DNA from: a virus
Lineage: Duplodnaviria; Caudoviricetes
Virus record (IMG/VR): IMGVR_UViG_3300031949_000107
Span: 1-36,535 of that record
Length of the DNA stretch: 36,535 nucleotides
Direction: 5' to 3' (one strand)
In this document: in pieces, positions 16,671-26,755 of the stretch
How the letters are laid out: each line of letters begins with the position of its first letter
Numbering within the stretch: the first letter of the stretch is position 1
Notes under the pieces: model-generated
What the model saw: the letters and a program-made list of their open reading frames with translations, nothing else
What the model was told of the DNA's origin: nothing
The model's database searches: none
Position numbers and translations under genes: made by a program

Positions 16671-19574
16671 GTGGCGATCAAACTCGGCGAACTCGTAATC
16701 CAACTTACGGCTCAGACCAGTGCCTTCACCAAGGGCATGACTGATGCTCGCCAGATGACGTTCACATCCGTGGACGGCATCGTTGGGTCCCTCAAGAGGG
16801 TCGGTGACTCCCTCTCCCGCCTGAAGTTCGACAACGCCAAACAAATCGAACGGTCTTTTCAGATCCTCGGCGGAGTAGTGGCCGGAGTTTCCCTTGCAAT
16901 GGGTGCGGCGCTGACATTCATGGTGGGCAGGGCCATCGCGTCTGCCGACAAGCTGCACGACCTGGCGATGGCGACGGGCCTGACGACCGAGTTCCTGAGC
17001 GGGATGAGCCTGGCCGCGAGGCTGAACGGTGTGTCGCTGGAGGCTTTCGCCAAGGCCTCCGAGCGCCTGAGCCGAAACATGCTTGCCACTGCCCAAGGCA
17101 TTGGAGTGTCTCGCACGGCCTTCAAGCAGCTTGGGATCGACGTCACGGACGGCAAGGGTCATCTGCTTTCGCTTCAGGAAGTTCTGTTCAAGATCGCCGA
17201 CCATTTTGCCACGATGCCGGACGGCCCGATGAAGACGGGCCTCGCCATGCAGTTCCTCGGCAAAGCGGGGGCCGAACTGATCCCGATGCTGAACGGCGGG
17301 AGCAAGGAGCTCAAGAAATACCTGGAGCTCGCGCAGCGCCTGGGCATCATCGTCGGGCAGGACGTTGCCGACGCCGCTGATAGGTTCGGTGACTCCATGC
17401 TCATCGCGCGAGCCGCGATGGACGGGGTCGGTATGCAGATCACCGCCGGGATGCTTCCGGCGCTCAACAATCTCATCGAGGCGTTCTTCAGAGTCGAGCA
17501 GCACGACGACAAGATGAAGAAGTTCGGTGAGGGCATCGGTAGCAGCATGCGGAACGTCTCTGCGTGGTTCATCGATGCCGCGTACTACATGGGCGTCTGG
17601 GCAGTAAAGCAGGACACCTGGAATGCAAAACTTGCGGGCGCAGCCGCAGCCGGGATCACGGGTGGTCCATTGGCCGCAATCGCTGCACTATTCAAGAAAG
17701 GTCCCGACCAAGATGCGTTGCTCAAGGGATTAGAGGATGAGCATCGAAAGCAGATTGATCGCCTGTATGGAATAACGCAAACCGGCGGCGAACTGCCGAA
17801 GCTGAAGACCGATAAACCGGTGGTGGTGGGCGGCAAGGAAGCCCCGGTCGATCGCGTCTCGAAGAAGCTGGCTGACATCGCGGCCGAGCGCAAGGCGATC
17901 ATGGACAAGATACTGGCGCAGGATCTAGACGCCGCCTCAATCCTGCGCGTCGTTGCCGCTGCCAAAGCGGACGAGGAAATCTCCAAGTTGCGGGCCGGCC
18001 TGAAGGCCAAAGAGAAGGCCGAGCTTGATGCCATCGCGCCGGTGATGAGACAGGAGATCATCGCCCGCGAGCTAGATGCCAACGCCCTGAAGCAGATGGA
18101 GCAAGCGCGCGGCGGCGCGATCAAGAAGGCCGATGAGCAGATCGCCGCCGAACAGCGATTGATAGCCGCGGCACCCCGCGGCCTGGAGGCTATGCGGGAG
18201 GCTGAGCTCCATAATCAAATAGCTGTCGAGACCGCTGACCTTGTGATTGCGCGCGACCTGGCCGAAGGCAGGGTAAAGGAACAGCTCACGTCCATCATTG
18301 AGGCCGTGACCGCCGCGCGACGTCGTGAGGCTGCTGTGACCGGCGCCGAGAAGGCAATCTCCGGAGCCACCGGGCAGACCGAGCAGCTCAGACAGCAGAC
18401 CTCCGCAACCGATAACCTTGCCCGCGCCACGTCCAAGGGTAATGACGCCGTGCGGCAGGCCGAGCTCCAGAACCGCATCGCCAACGCGACCCGCGAGCTT
18501 GGTATTCAGTGGGCGAAGGCCGACGCCCAGGGCAAGCTGGAAATCGCCGACGCTGCCGAAAAGCTTGTCGATAGCGAAGTTCAGTTATTCCGAGCAGAAG
18601 AAGATCTCCGCAACCAGCAGGAGATGATGCGGTATCTGGCGCCCTCCGAGCGGTACGACATGGAGATCGCTCGGCTCGAGAAGCTGCGGGACATGCTGCA
18701 GGCGGCCGGTCGCAGCACTGCGTACCTGGCTGAGGAGGAGCGCCGCCTCAAGATCGCAACCCAGGAAGCGAACGATGAACTCCTGCGCGGCACAGGGACG
18801 GCCCTGGCCGGCATCACCGTCGGGATGCACCAGTATGCCCGCAACGTAGGCACGATGGCCGACATGATGGAGCGGGCTACGACGACAGCTCTACGCGGCA
18901 TCGAGGGCGCCATGTCCTCGCACGTCAGCGCGATGCTGATGGGAACGGAGACGATCGCCGAGGGGTTCCGGAACATGGGCCGTGACATGCTCCAGGCCAT
19001 CGTGGATGCCCTGTCTCAGATGCTGGCCCAGTGGATCGTCACCCACATCATCATGGCCGCGGTCTCCAAGATTCTCGGCTTTGATCAGACCGGCAAGAAG
19101 GAGGTCGCGGAGAAGCAAAAACAGTCCCGTCAGAAGATCTCCGCGGACGCTGGCGTAGTCGGTGCTGACGTGTTCCGGCAGGCCATCGAGAAGATTCCTT
19201 TCCCCGCCAACCTTGCAATCGCTCCGCCACTCGCTATGGGGATGGCAACTTTGGCCGGCGCCTTCTCATCGCTGACGATGCTAAAGGCTGCCGGTGGTGG
19301 CATCGTCCCTGGGGCTGTGTCCGGCGACGTAGTGCCGGCCATGTTGACTCCCCGCGAGGGCGTTCTTACCGTAGATGAAATGCGGGCGATTCAAGGCGCA
19401 CGCCGCGAGAACGGTTCCGGGGCTTCTAGGGGAATCTCGGTTACGGTTCACTCTAGCCCGGTGCTACAAGCCCTGGACGCCACCGGCGCAGACGCGATAC
19501 TCGAGCGCCACGCACAGAGCATCGGGCGCATTGTTCGTTCCGAACTGCGGAACGGGAGAATGCCTTATGAGTAA
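16671..19574 (+). CDS. tail tape measure protein
   Basis: 967-aa Ala-rich helical protein. LGELVI.L.A.T..F..G at the N-terminus, AxGG.VPG...D.VPAMLTP.E.VL at the C-terminus. Confidence 0.93.
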   Translation: MAIKLGELVIQLTAQTSAFTKGMTDARQMTFTSVDGIVGSLKRVGDSLSRLKFDNAKQIERSFQILGGVVAGVSLAMGAALTFMVGRAIASADKLHDLAMATGLTTEFLSGMSLAARLNGVSLEAFAKASERLSRNMLATAQGIGVSRTAFKQLGIDVTDGKGHLLSLQEVLFKIADHFATMPDGPMKTGLAMQFLGKAGAELIPMLNGGSKELKKYLELAQRLGIIVGQDVADAADRFGDSMLIARAAMDGVGMQITAGMLPALNNLIEAFFRVEQHDDKMKKFGEGIGSSMRNVSAWFIDAAYYMGVWAVKQDTWNAKLAGAAAAGITGGPLAAIAALFKKGPDQDALLKGLEDEHRKQIDRLYGITQTGGELPKLKTDKPVVVGGKEAPVDRVSKKLADIAAERKAIMDKILAQDLDAASILRVVAAAKADEEISKLRAGLKAKEKAELDAIAPVMRQEIIARELDANALKQMEQARGGAIKKADEQIAAEQRLIAAAPRGLEAMREAELHNQIAVETADLVIARDLAEGRVKEQLTSIIEAVTAARRREAAVTGAEKAISGATGQTEQLRQQTSATDNLARATSKGNDAVRQAELQNRIANATRELGIQWAKADAQGKLEIADAAEKLVDSEVQLFRAEEDLRNQQEMMRYLAPSERYDMEIARLEKLRDMLQAAGRSTAYLAEEERRLKIATQEANDELLRGTGTALAGITVGMHQYARNVGTMADMMERATTTALRGIEGAMSSHVSAMLMGTETIAEGFRNMGRDMLQAIVDALSQMLAQWIVTHIIMAAVSKILGFDQTGKKEVAEKQKQSRQKISADAGVVGADVFRQAIEKIPFPANLAIAPPLAMGMATLAGAFSSLTMLKAAGGGIVPGAVSGDVVPAMLTPREGVLTVDEMRAIQGARRENGSGASRGISVTVHSSPVLQALDATGADAILERHAQSIGRIVRSELRNGRMPYE

Positions 19575-20475
19575 TGACGTATTCCCGTCGTTGATCCGCG
19601 GGCCAGCCTTCCACTTCAAGAAAACACAGAGCTTCGCCACGATCATCCAAGCGGCGGCGAGCAAGGCTGAGACTCGCATCGCTCAGATGCAGAACCCGGT
19701 CTGGATGTGGGAGCTTCCTTATACCTACCTCACGGACGACCCTACCAAGCTTTCTGCCGGGCTGAGCTACACGGACTTCCAGACCATCATGGGCTTCTAT
19801 GGTCGGATGCAGGGGCCATTCGAATCCTTCCTCTATAGTGACCCCGACGACCATTCTGTAGGACCCGCGATGATTAGCGGGTCGCCGAATCCTGCGGCCA
19901 TTCTTCAGGTGGTGGATGATGGCCTGGGAAACTACTACTCTCCTATTCAGCGCAACTTGGGAGGCGAGTTCTACGAGGACATCACCGACCTGAACGGACT
20001 GATTGCCGTCTATGCCAACGGAACGCTGAAGACCTTGACGACGCACTACACGGTCGGCGGTCCTGGCTTGGCGCTTCCGAACGCCAGTTTCGCCGGCCTG
20101 TACGTCGCCTGGGTCTCGCCGGCGGCGTGGCTGCCGAACCACAACTACTCCGTCAACGACGAAATTCTTGACCCGGCGGGACACATACAAAAGGTCACAT
20201 ACGACAACGGTAGCTCCGGCAGCACCGAACCTGATTGGGACGATGAGGGAGGCACGACCGATGAAGGGAGCCCTGTGTCATTGACGTGGGAAGATCAGGG
20301 CTACAACCCGGGCCCCGATACTCCGGTGACGGCGGCATTTGACTTCTACTTCCGCGTCCGGTTCATGAATGACGAGCAGCAGATGGAGCAGTGGCTCAAG
20401 AAGGCCTGGGGCGCCGGCGGCGACCAGGGTGGAGATCCAATCAAGTTGATCACCGCGCGCGTGCCGGCCGTCTAG
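19567..20475 (+). CDS. distal tail protein, DUF2460 / RcGTA g12-like, with inserted module
   Basis: F.T.I...AS..E.R, F..R..G....FL..DP.D, P....VTA.F.F...VRF..D. Start at ATG 19567. Confidence 0.8.
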   Translation: MSNDVFPSLIRGPAFHFKKTQSFATIIQAAASKAETRIAQMQNPVWMWELPYTYLTDDPTKLSAGLSYTDFQTIMGFYGRMQGPFESFLYSDPDDHSVGPAMISGSPNPAAILQVVDDGLGNYYSPIQRNLGGEFYEDITDLNGLIAVYANGTLKTLTTHYTVGGPGLALPNASFAGLYVAWVSPAAWLPNHNYSVNDEILDPAGHIQKVTYDNGSSGSTEPDWDDEGGTTDEGSPVSLTWEDQGYNPGPDTPVTAAFDFYFRVRFMNDEQQMEQWLKKAWGAGGDQGGDPIKLITARVPAV

Positions 20476-20483
20476 GGGAATCC

Positions 20484-20639
20484 ATGACAAAGCCGAAGTA
20501 CGAACTGAAGATCACCGTCTATGGGGATACGCTTGAAGAAGCAAGGAGAAAGATGGTCTCGATGCTTGAAGCGGAGCTCAGAAAACTCACCGGCTCACGC
20601 CGCTTAAAAAATAGGGGAGAGCGCCGTTGCGAAAAGTAA
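20484..20639 (+). CDS. small basic hypothetical protein (51 aa)
   Basis: MTKPKYELKITVYGDTLEEARRKM... after an AGGGG SD. Fills the gap between tail genes. Confidence 0.5.
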   Translation: MTKPKYELKITVYGDTLEEARRKMVSMLEAELRKLTGSRRLKNRGERRCEK

Positions 20640-21790
20640 TTGACGGAGACGGCAATGACTCGACGACCGCGGTGCTGGCTTGGCTACAGTCAGGCAACAC
20701 GCTTCGGCTTGCCACCCTCTACTTGATTGGCGAGCCCGAAGATCCCTATGCGATCTGGCTCACCGATTGGGAGTCGCCTCTACGCTGGCGTCCATGGGGA
20801 ACCTTCCTGCCTTCGGTAATTCGACGCGCTGAGGTTGACAGCCACATCGGGCTGGACGTGTCTGCCCTGAAATGCGATTGGGCTCCAAAGAACGTGACAC
20901 CTGGAAACACGATCCCGACAGCATCACCCTATCAGCTGGCGCAGTACGGCTTCTACGACAACTGGACGTTCCGCTCCTGGACGGTCTATATGCCAGTGGG
21001 CGCCATGAACGTCTCGCAGGTTGCGCTCAGTGGCGGATATGCGCTCTACACCTACAGCCTGGACATAGGGGCCGCGGCATTGAAAGTCGGGATGGTAGTG
21101 CGGGTCCGCAACATGGCTAACGACGGCAACAACGGCACCCGAAGAATCCTGAGCCTACTTACCTCGCCCAACCGGTTCGTCGTTTCTAATCCGACCGCCG
21201 TGGCCGCCACCGAGGCGGGTCGGGCCGAGATTCTTCCGGGCGATGCTCACAGCTTTGGAGCTTCAGAATTGTTCGGCGGGCGTGTGGCGAAGGGGTCCAT
21301 CGAGCGCGGGTTGATCAAGTTCACGGTCAACAGCTTTCTGGACGTGCTGAATCAGCAGGTTCCGCTCAACGTCATCGAGAGGTTGAACACGCTGGCAGCC
21401 TTCCAAGGTGCGCGCCCGCCGGCGGGGCTCAGCGTAGTGCCGCAGTTCGACGCGGTTCCTGTGGACGGCCTGTCTAACCAGCTCGTTATCGGAGACTGCA
21501 CCTCGCCCACACCCGGCCAGATCTTCGCAGCCAACAAGTTTGTGAACGGTTACCTCGTTTTCAACGACCGGCCAGGCGCGGACCTGGGGCGCATGTGGGG
21601 AGCGATACAATCCAGCAAGTCGGTTACGATCGGAGCCAGCACCTACAACCAGTTCAAGTTGTACCAACCGCTGCCGTTCCCGGTAGGCGCGGCCGATACT
21701 TTCTACGCCACCGGGACACCACCGATGAACAAGGCAGATGGAGAATATAACGGATTTTTATATGTACCTGCGCCAGAGGAAGCCATTTAG
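20627..21790 (+). CDS. tail hub protein, DUF2163 / RcGTA g13-like
   Basis: LTD....L, R......GLDV, G..D, LFGGRV, F..G.L.F, PLPF....D.F, C-terminal Y.GF.YVP.PE.A. TTG start after GGGGAG. Confidence 0.8.
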   Translation: MRKVIDGDGNDSTTAVLAWLQSGNTLRLATLYLIGEPEDPYAIWLTDWESPLRWRPWGTFLPSVIRRAEVDSHIGLDVSALKCDWAPKNVTPGNTIPTASPYQLAQYGFYDNWTFRSWTVYMPVGAMNVSQVALSGGYALYTYSLDIGAAALKVGMVVRVRNMANDGNNGTRRILSLLTSPNRFVVSNPTAVAATEAGRAEILPGDAHSFGASELFGGRVAKGSIERGLIKFTVNSFLDVLNQQVPLNVIERLNTLAAFQGARPPAGLSVVPQFDAVPVDGLSNQLVIGDCTSPTPGQIFAANKFVNGYLVFNDRPGADLGRMWGAIQSSKSVTIGASTYNQFKLYQPLPFPVGAADTFYATGTPPMNKADGEYNGFLYVPAPEEAI

Positions 21791-21800
21791 AATCTACAAG

Positions 21801-22388
21801 ATGCATACGTGCAGGATTTACATTTTGATTGGACCTGATGGTCCGTTCTACATTGGCAGGACGAAGCGACCAATGCGCTTCAGGATGAACGAGCACAAAC
21901 ATTTCCTTGGCTTCATGCCTAAATACCGTGTCATCGCGACATGCTCCGAGAATTGCCGCGAAGTGGAGCGGCTCTGGATTGAGAAATATCGGGATGCCGG
22001 GTATCAACTGATGAACGTTTATTGCGGCAGCCAGGGTTCGCACTTCATTCCTGATTCCGTACGCGAGAAGATGAGTTTCGCTCATCGTGGTAGAAGAATA
22101 ACTTGGGCCGACAAGATTAGCGCCGCACAAAAAGGCAGACCGAAAAGATGGAGTGTAGAAGGTAGGAAACGCGTTCAGGCTTCACAGTTCAAGCCTGGGC
22201 ATAATGGAATGCCCGAAGCCTCGCGGCGCGGCGGCCTCGCGGCTTGGGCTGGAAAATCTAAGCTGGAACGGCTGCAACCTGTTCTTCACCTTAATGAGTT
22301 GCTCCGGCGCGACCCCGCAATCCGTGAAAAGCAGCGGCAGGGTATCATTCGCTCATGGAAGCGCCGTCGCTCTGCGTGGGCTGCCTAA
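21801..22388 (+). CDS. GIY-YIG homing endonuclease with NUMOD3-like motifs
   Basis: RIY-x8-YIGRT...R..EH, E..WI.......N, S.R.KMS.A..G. Probable start ATG 21801. Confidence 0.85.
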   Translation: MHTCRIYILIGPDGPFYIGRTKRPMRFRMNEHKHFLGFMPKYRVIATCSENCREVERLWIEKYRDAGYQLMNVYCGSQGSHFIPDSVREKMSFAHRGRRITWADKISAAQKGRPKRWSVEGRKRVQASQFKPGHNGMPEASRRGGLAAWAGKSKLERLQPVLHLNELLRRDPAIREKQRQGIIRSWKRRRSAWAA

Positions 22389-22877
22389 ATGGATCTCGCC
22401 GAAGCACGATTGCGCACAGTCGCAGAAGCTAGAAGTTGGATTTCGACGCCCTACCACATCGGGGGACGAACCAAGGGAGCCGGGTGCGACTGCGGATCGT
22501 GTCTGTATTGCATCCTCGTCAATTCGCGGGCCATCGACCCGGACGCGGAGCTCGAGGAGTTCTTCTCCCACGTCTCCGCCGGAGCGTGGGCCCACTGGAC
22601 GGACGACCAGTACCTTTTCAGAATGCGGCGGCACGCCGTAGAATTGATGCGCCGCACTGCGGTGGCCGGCGCCGACCTGCTTCCCGGCAACCTGATTCTC
22701 TGCAAGGCGTTCGGAGCCAACTTCTACAACCACGGGGGGATCGTGACGGACTGGCCCAAGATTATCCACTGCATCAGCCCGCGCGTGGGCGAGACCAGCG
22801 CGCTGTGGCACCCGGCCTGGGCCACGCGTGAGATAGCCGTGTTCGATCCGTTCGCCCGGAGGTTCTCCGGATGCTAG
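22389..22877 (+). CDS. NlpC/P60-family tail-associated peptidase (gpK / RcGTA g14-like)
   Basis: EARSW..TPY...G..KG.GCDC, PG.L, NHGGIV....IIH. Confidence 0.9.
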   Translation: MDLAEARLRTVAEARSWISTPYHIGGRTKGAGCDCGSCLYCILVNSRAIDPDAELEEFFSHVSAGAWAHWTDDQYLFRMRRHAVELMRRTAVAGADLLPGNLILCKAFGANFYNHGGIVTDWPKIIHCISPRVGETSALWHPAWATREIAVFDPFARRFSGC

Positions 22878-25800
22878 GCGGCAAGAGCAACGCCAAGACG
22901 ACGCCTACCATTCAGGGGCTCATGCTCCAGGCCGGCGTGTACGGCAAGACCATCCCGCCGATGTTCGGCTGCAACCGGTTCACCTACTTCGTGATCTGGA
23001 TGGCGAATCTGCGCGAGCACTGTAGCGGCAAAAAGAAGAAGAAGTGCTCGAAGATGGAGAAGAAGGGTGTCCCGCCGGGGTACGCCGCCAACGTCGATCT
23101 GCTGCTCGGCCAAAACCCAATCGCCGGCGTCCTTCAGGCGTGGAACAACAAGGACAAGTACAAGCTCACCTACAAGATTTCCGAGCAGACCTGGGACTCG
23201 TTCGACACCACATACAGCACTGGCGATGCGGCCTTCTACGCCGTGGTCGCCGTCACGCTTGTCCTGCCCCTGGGTCGGGACTTCGCGCACGGCTCCGGGG
23301 ACTCCGTGAGCTATGACGACTACGGCGGCGAGCCCGTGACCTATACCGGCTCCCGTGAAGTGCCGCTCTGGAACATCGCCTACGAGGGGCCGGACCCGAC
23401 GAACCCGCACGTCGCGCGCTACTACCCGTTCACCTACTACTGGAAGCCGGGCTCGGGAGATAGCGTTCTTTTCTATCAGAACGGTCTGCCGGATCTCACC
23501 GGCGGCGCAACCAAGGTCCGCATCTACTACGCGGCGAAGGTCGGATCGGAAACGCCTCTTGGAAAATTGAATTGCGGATTCGAGTACCAGCTTGGCGAAG
23601 GCTCCGAGTTTTCCGATGCTGGCAAGCCCGAGCAGCAGGTCATATATCCGCACTACGCTGGCCTGGGGTCCTCGGAGTTTGACCTCGGCATAGCACAGAT
23701 GATGCCCAACCTGAGATTCGAAATACTAGGCTCTTACCCGATGTATCCAAACCTGGGGTGGGATGGCATCAGTGAGAAGCCGCCGTCCGGCGATGCCGAC
23801 TTCGCGGACATGGTAGAGGCCATCTTCCGCATGGGTCAGACCCAGGCTGGATTCTCTGCCCTGAACCCGTTCAGCCCTGTGCACCACGGGCTCGGCTGCT
23901 CCGAATATCCCGGCACGATCCAGAAGAAGTACATGGGCGGGCTGCAGGGGTTCCAGTGCAGGGCGCTGACTTACGACCTCCCGAATCAGCCAGGGAACAT
24001 CCTGATTGCTACCGCGTCCTGCGGTGCCTTGAGCCCGGCGATCAGCGACACCGATGGCAACGCCTACACGACGCTGTTCGACGACGAGACGGCCGTAGTA
24101 GCCTACGCGCAATCCGCCGGCGCGGGTGCGCTGAACACGGTTTCCAACGCCATCGCCGGGTCGCCGAGCGGCAACAATTGGGATCTCGCAATCTACGAGA
24201 TCGGAGGAGTGGACACCGTCCTGGGCACCGCGACGGAGTCCGGGGTTTCCGGCTTCTTGGAGCCCCGCAAATCACACAGCGTCTCGATCACCGTGGATGG
24301 CGAGCCGGGGCGCCCCGTGTACCTGTTCGCGTTCGCGCGCGTCTCTCCCGGTTCGGGTTTCGATCCCTTACCGGTGGGCCCGTGGAAGGACCTGGTGCCA
24401 GTGCAGTACAACGCGCAGACGCAGGGAATGGCTGGCGGTGGTCTGGCCTGGTGCCTCTCTGCCTACCGCATCGTGTACCAGCCCGGGACGTACACCTTCA
24501 CCTGTGCTCTGGGTGGGAACAGTGCTCCCTGGAAGCTGGCAATCATCGCCATGCAGGGATCTGAGCCAGCTCAGTACGCTAAGCCCCTGGGCGAGATCAT
24601 TGACCAGGAGACCATGAACTTGACGCGGCGCCAGTGCCGCGTCTTTGGACTCCGCGGTTCGATGGTCATGGAAAGCCAGCGCAAGGCTCTGGACTGGATC
24701 GAGCCGCTCTACGTCGCCATGAACGCCGACCCGGTGTGGAGCGGATTCAAGCTGAAGTCCATACCACGGTCGGAGGTCAGCTACGCCGGTGACGTCACGG
24801 GCGACCCCTACACAGCGCAAGGGTGGGTGACCCGCGACGGGTACGTGGCGCCGACGGCCGCCGGTCCGGTGGCCGACTTGGGGCCGGACGACTTTCTTGG
24901 GGACGCGAAGGAACCGCTTATCATCGTGGAGCGAAGCGCCCAGGTGGACAGGCCGAACATCCTCCAGTACGAGCACATCGAGCGCAGCAACGATTACAAC
25001 AAGGTGACGACGGCGCAGCCGGAGATGGGCCCGATCGCGCAGCACGGGCTCCGCAAGGACGCCCCGAAGTCCATGCCAATGATCATGCAGGTCAGGGTCG
25101 CCCGCATGATCCTGGGTATCGAAGCGCGGCGGATCAACTACCTGCAGAACACCTACAAGTTCAAGCTGCGCGCGCGACGGAAAATGCTTGAGGCCCGTGA
25201 CCTGGTGACCCTGACGGAGCCGAAGCTTGGGATGGACAGGATGCCGGTGATCCTCACCTCTGTCAGGGAGAATTCACAGTATGGTCTCGAGTGTACGGCC
25301 GTGAAGTTCATCTATGGCCTGCACTGCCCCGAGCAGGGAATGGTGGAAGAGTTACCGGAGCCGTTCGTGACGGACCGCACCGAGGTTCCGGCCCTCGTGA
25401 ATGAGCCGGTGATCTTCGAGCCGCCGCCGGTGATGTCGGGTCAGAACAACCGAAACGAAGTCTGGTTAGTGGTCTCCGATTCCGATCCGGTCTATGGCGG
25501 ATGTGCCGTGCTGGTGTCCACGGACGGAGGCGTTGACTACAATCCACTCGGCACGATTCTTGGCAATGGAGTGACGGGATTCAGCGAGCCGTCAAGCGAC
25601 TCACCGCCGAGCTCCGGTGACTGGCCGGCGCATGCCGATCCCGATAGCGTAAACGATCTTTCAGTTGATCTCAGCGAAAGCCTGGGAACTCTGGCGTCGT
25701 ACTCGGTGGCCGACGAGGACAACTTCGTCTATCCGTGCTACATCGATAACCCGCGGCCGACGTTCGTTCAAAGCATCCAGAAGAGCCAGGCGACTCCGCT

Positions 25801-26755
25801 GACACAGGCGGTTACCGGAGAAATCTTCGCAGGAGATGCCCTGCTCGTATTCGTGCACTCAGACCAGCTCGCGGACGACCCAAGCGGCATCTCGGTGTCC
25901 GACTCCGATGGAAACACCTATGTGCTCCTGCAATCACAGCCGAAATCAGGTGGCGCGACCACAGGAGTCAGTCAGGTGTGGGCGGCCTACAACGTGGCCG
26001 CCGCCGCCGCGGGCGCGAACACTGTAACCGTGGTCAGCGCGAACGGCGGGCTGCTGAAGGTCGCCATCCTCGAGTACGAGAATGTGGCTTCGGCATCGGC
26101 GTTGGACCAGGAGTCCAGCGACTCTGGAGAGTTGAACATCACGCTTCCGACCGGTGACATCCTGACCACGCAGCACAACGAGCTCTTGCTCTCCTACGCG
26201 CACGCGTCCTCCATGACCATGAACGGTGGAGCTGCGTGGCAGCAGGTGGTGACTCCGGGCGTTGGAAACTTCCACATCTTCGAGCAGAACAGGCCGGTTG
26301 GGACATACTCGAACAGCTTCAGCTTCACCGGGTTCCAATTCGAGTTTGAGGTAGGCATCATCTCTCTCAAATCATCCTCGCCCTACGGCATGCCTTACGA
26401 GCTCATGGCCTACGCCGTGGCGGAGCTTGACTCGCTCTACAACTACACGCTGAAGGCCATCGGGGGGACGAACAAGCTGCGGCGCGCGGTGTTCGGTGCG
26501 CCCACGCAGGGCCAGGGCGTTGATCACCCCGTGGGTTCGCGCTTCGCGTTCCTGTCCGGAAACGGAATCTTGAAGGTTCAACTCGACCCGAAGTGGATCG
26601 GGCAGAGGCTCTACTTCAAGTTCGTGGCGTTCAACATCTACGGGGGAGGGCTGCAGGACGCGGACGACGTGGACGTGTATACATACACGCCTACCGGACT
26701 TTCCGGCTCTGTGAATCCCATCGGGCTGCCGCCCGGGATCGTGACGGTGAACTGA
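22871..26755 (+). CDS. large tail tip / host-specificity protein (gpJ / RcGTA g15-like)
   Basis: YG..IP..FG, HY.G, PNL.FEI.G, LE..DLV.LT, S.DGG..Y, L.R..FG.......H..G..FA.L, G..LYFKF..FN.YG...Q. Confidence 0.88.
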   Translation: MLGGKSNAKTTPTIQGLMLQAGVYGKTIPPMFGCNRFTYFVIWMANLREHCSGKKKKKCSKMEKKGVPPGYAANVDLLLGQNPIAGVLQAWNNKDKYKLTYKISEQTWDSFDTTYSTGDAAFYAVVAVTLVLPLGRDFAHGSGDSVSYDDYGGEPVTYTGSREVPLWNIAYEGPDPTNPHVARYYPFTYYWKPGSGDSVLFYQNGLPDLTGGATKVRIYYAAKVGSETPLGKLNCGFEYQLGEGSEFSDAGKPEQQVIYPHYAGLGSSEFDLGIAQMMPNLRFEILGSYPMYPNLGWDGISEKPPSGDADFADMVEAIFRMGQTQAGFSALNPFSPVHHGLGCSEYPGTIQKKYMGGLQGFQCRALTYDLPNQPGNILIATASCGALSPAISDTDGNAYTTLFDDETAVVAYAQSAGAGALNTVSNAIAGSPSGNNWDLAIYEIGGVDTVLGTATESGVSGFLEPRKSHSVSITVDGEPGRPVYLFAFARVSPGSGFDPLPVGPWKDLVPVQYNAQTQGMAGGGLAWCLSAYRIVYQPGTYTFTCALGGNSAPWKLAIIAMQGSEPAQYAKPLGEIIDQETMNLTRRQCRVFGLRGSMVMESQRKALDWIEPLYVAMNADPVWSGFKLKSIPRSEVSYAGDVTGDPYTAQGWVTRDGYVAPTAAGPVADLGPDDFLGDAKEPLIIVERSAQVDRPNILQYEHIERSNDYNKVTTAQPEMGPIAQHGLRKDAPKSMPMIMQVRVARMILGIEARRINYLQNTYKFKLRARRKMLEARDLVTLTEPKLGMDRMPVILTSVRENSQYGLECTAVKFIYGLHCPEQGMVEELPEPFVTDRTEVPALVNEPVIFEPPPVMSGQNNRNEVWLVVSDSDPVYGGCAVLVSTDGGVDYNPLGTILGNGVTGFSEPSSDSPPSSGDWPAHADPDSVNDLSVDLSESLGTLASYSVADEDNFVYPCYIDNPRPTFVQSIQKSQATPLTQAVTGEIFAGDALLVFVHSDQLADDPSGISVSDSDGNTYVLLQSQPKSGGATTGVSQVWAAYNVAAAAAGANTVTVVSANGGLLKVAILEYENVASASALDQESSDSGELNITLPTGDILTTQHNELLLSYAHASSMTMNGGAAWQQVVTPGVGNFHIFEQNRPVGTYSNSFSFTGFQFEFEVGIISLKSSSPYGMPYELMAYAVAELDSLYNYTLKAIGGTNKLRRAVFGAPTQGQGVDHPVGSRFAFLSGNGILKVQLDPKWIGQRLYFKFVAFNIYGGGLQDADDVDVYTYTPTGLSGSVNPIGLPPGIVTVN

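Noticed and set aside
19567-26755. Gene transfer agent instead of phage, given the RcGTA-like tail tip
   Set aside because: The long tape measure, homing endonucleases, linked lysis cluster and early ligase/DUF932 operon point to a genuine phage or prophage.
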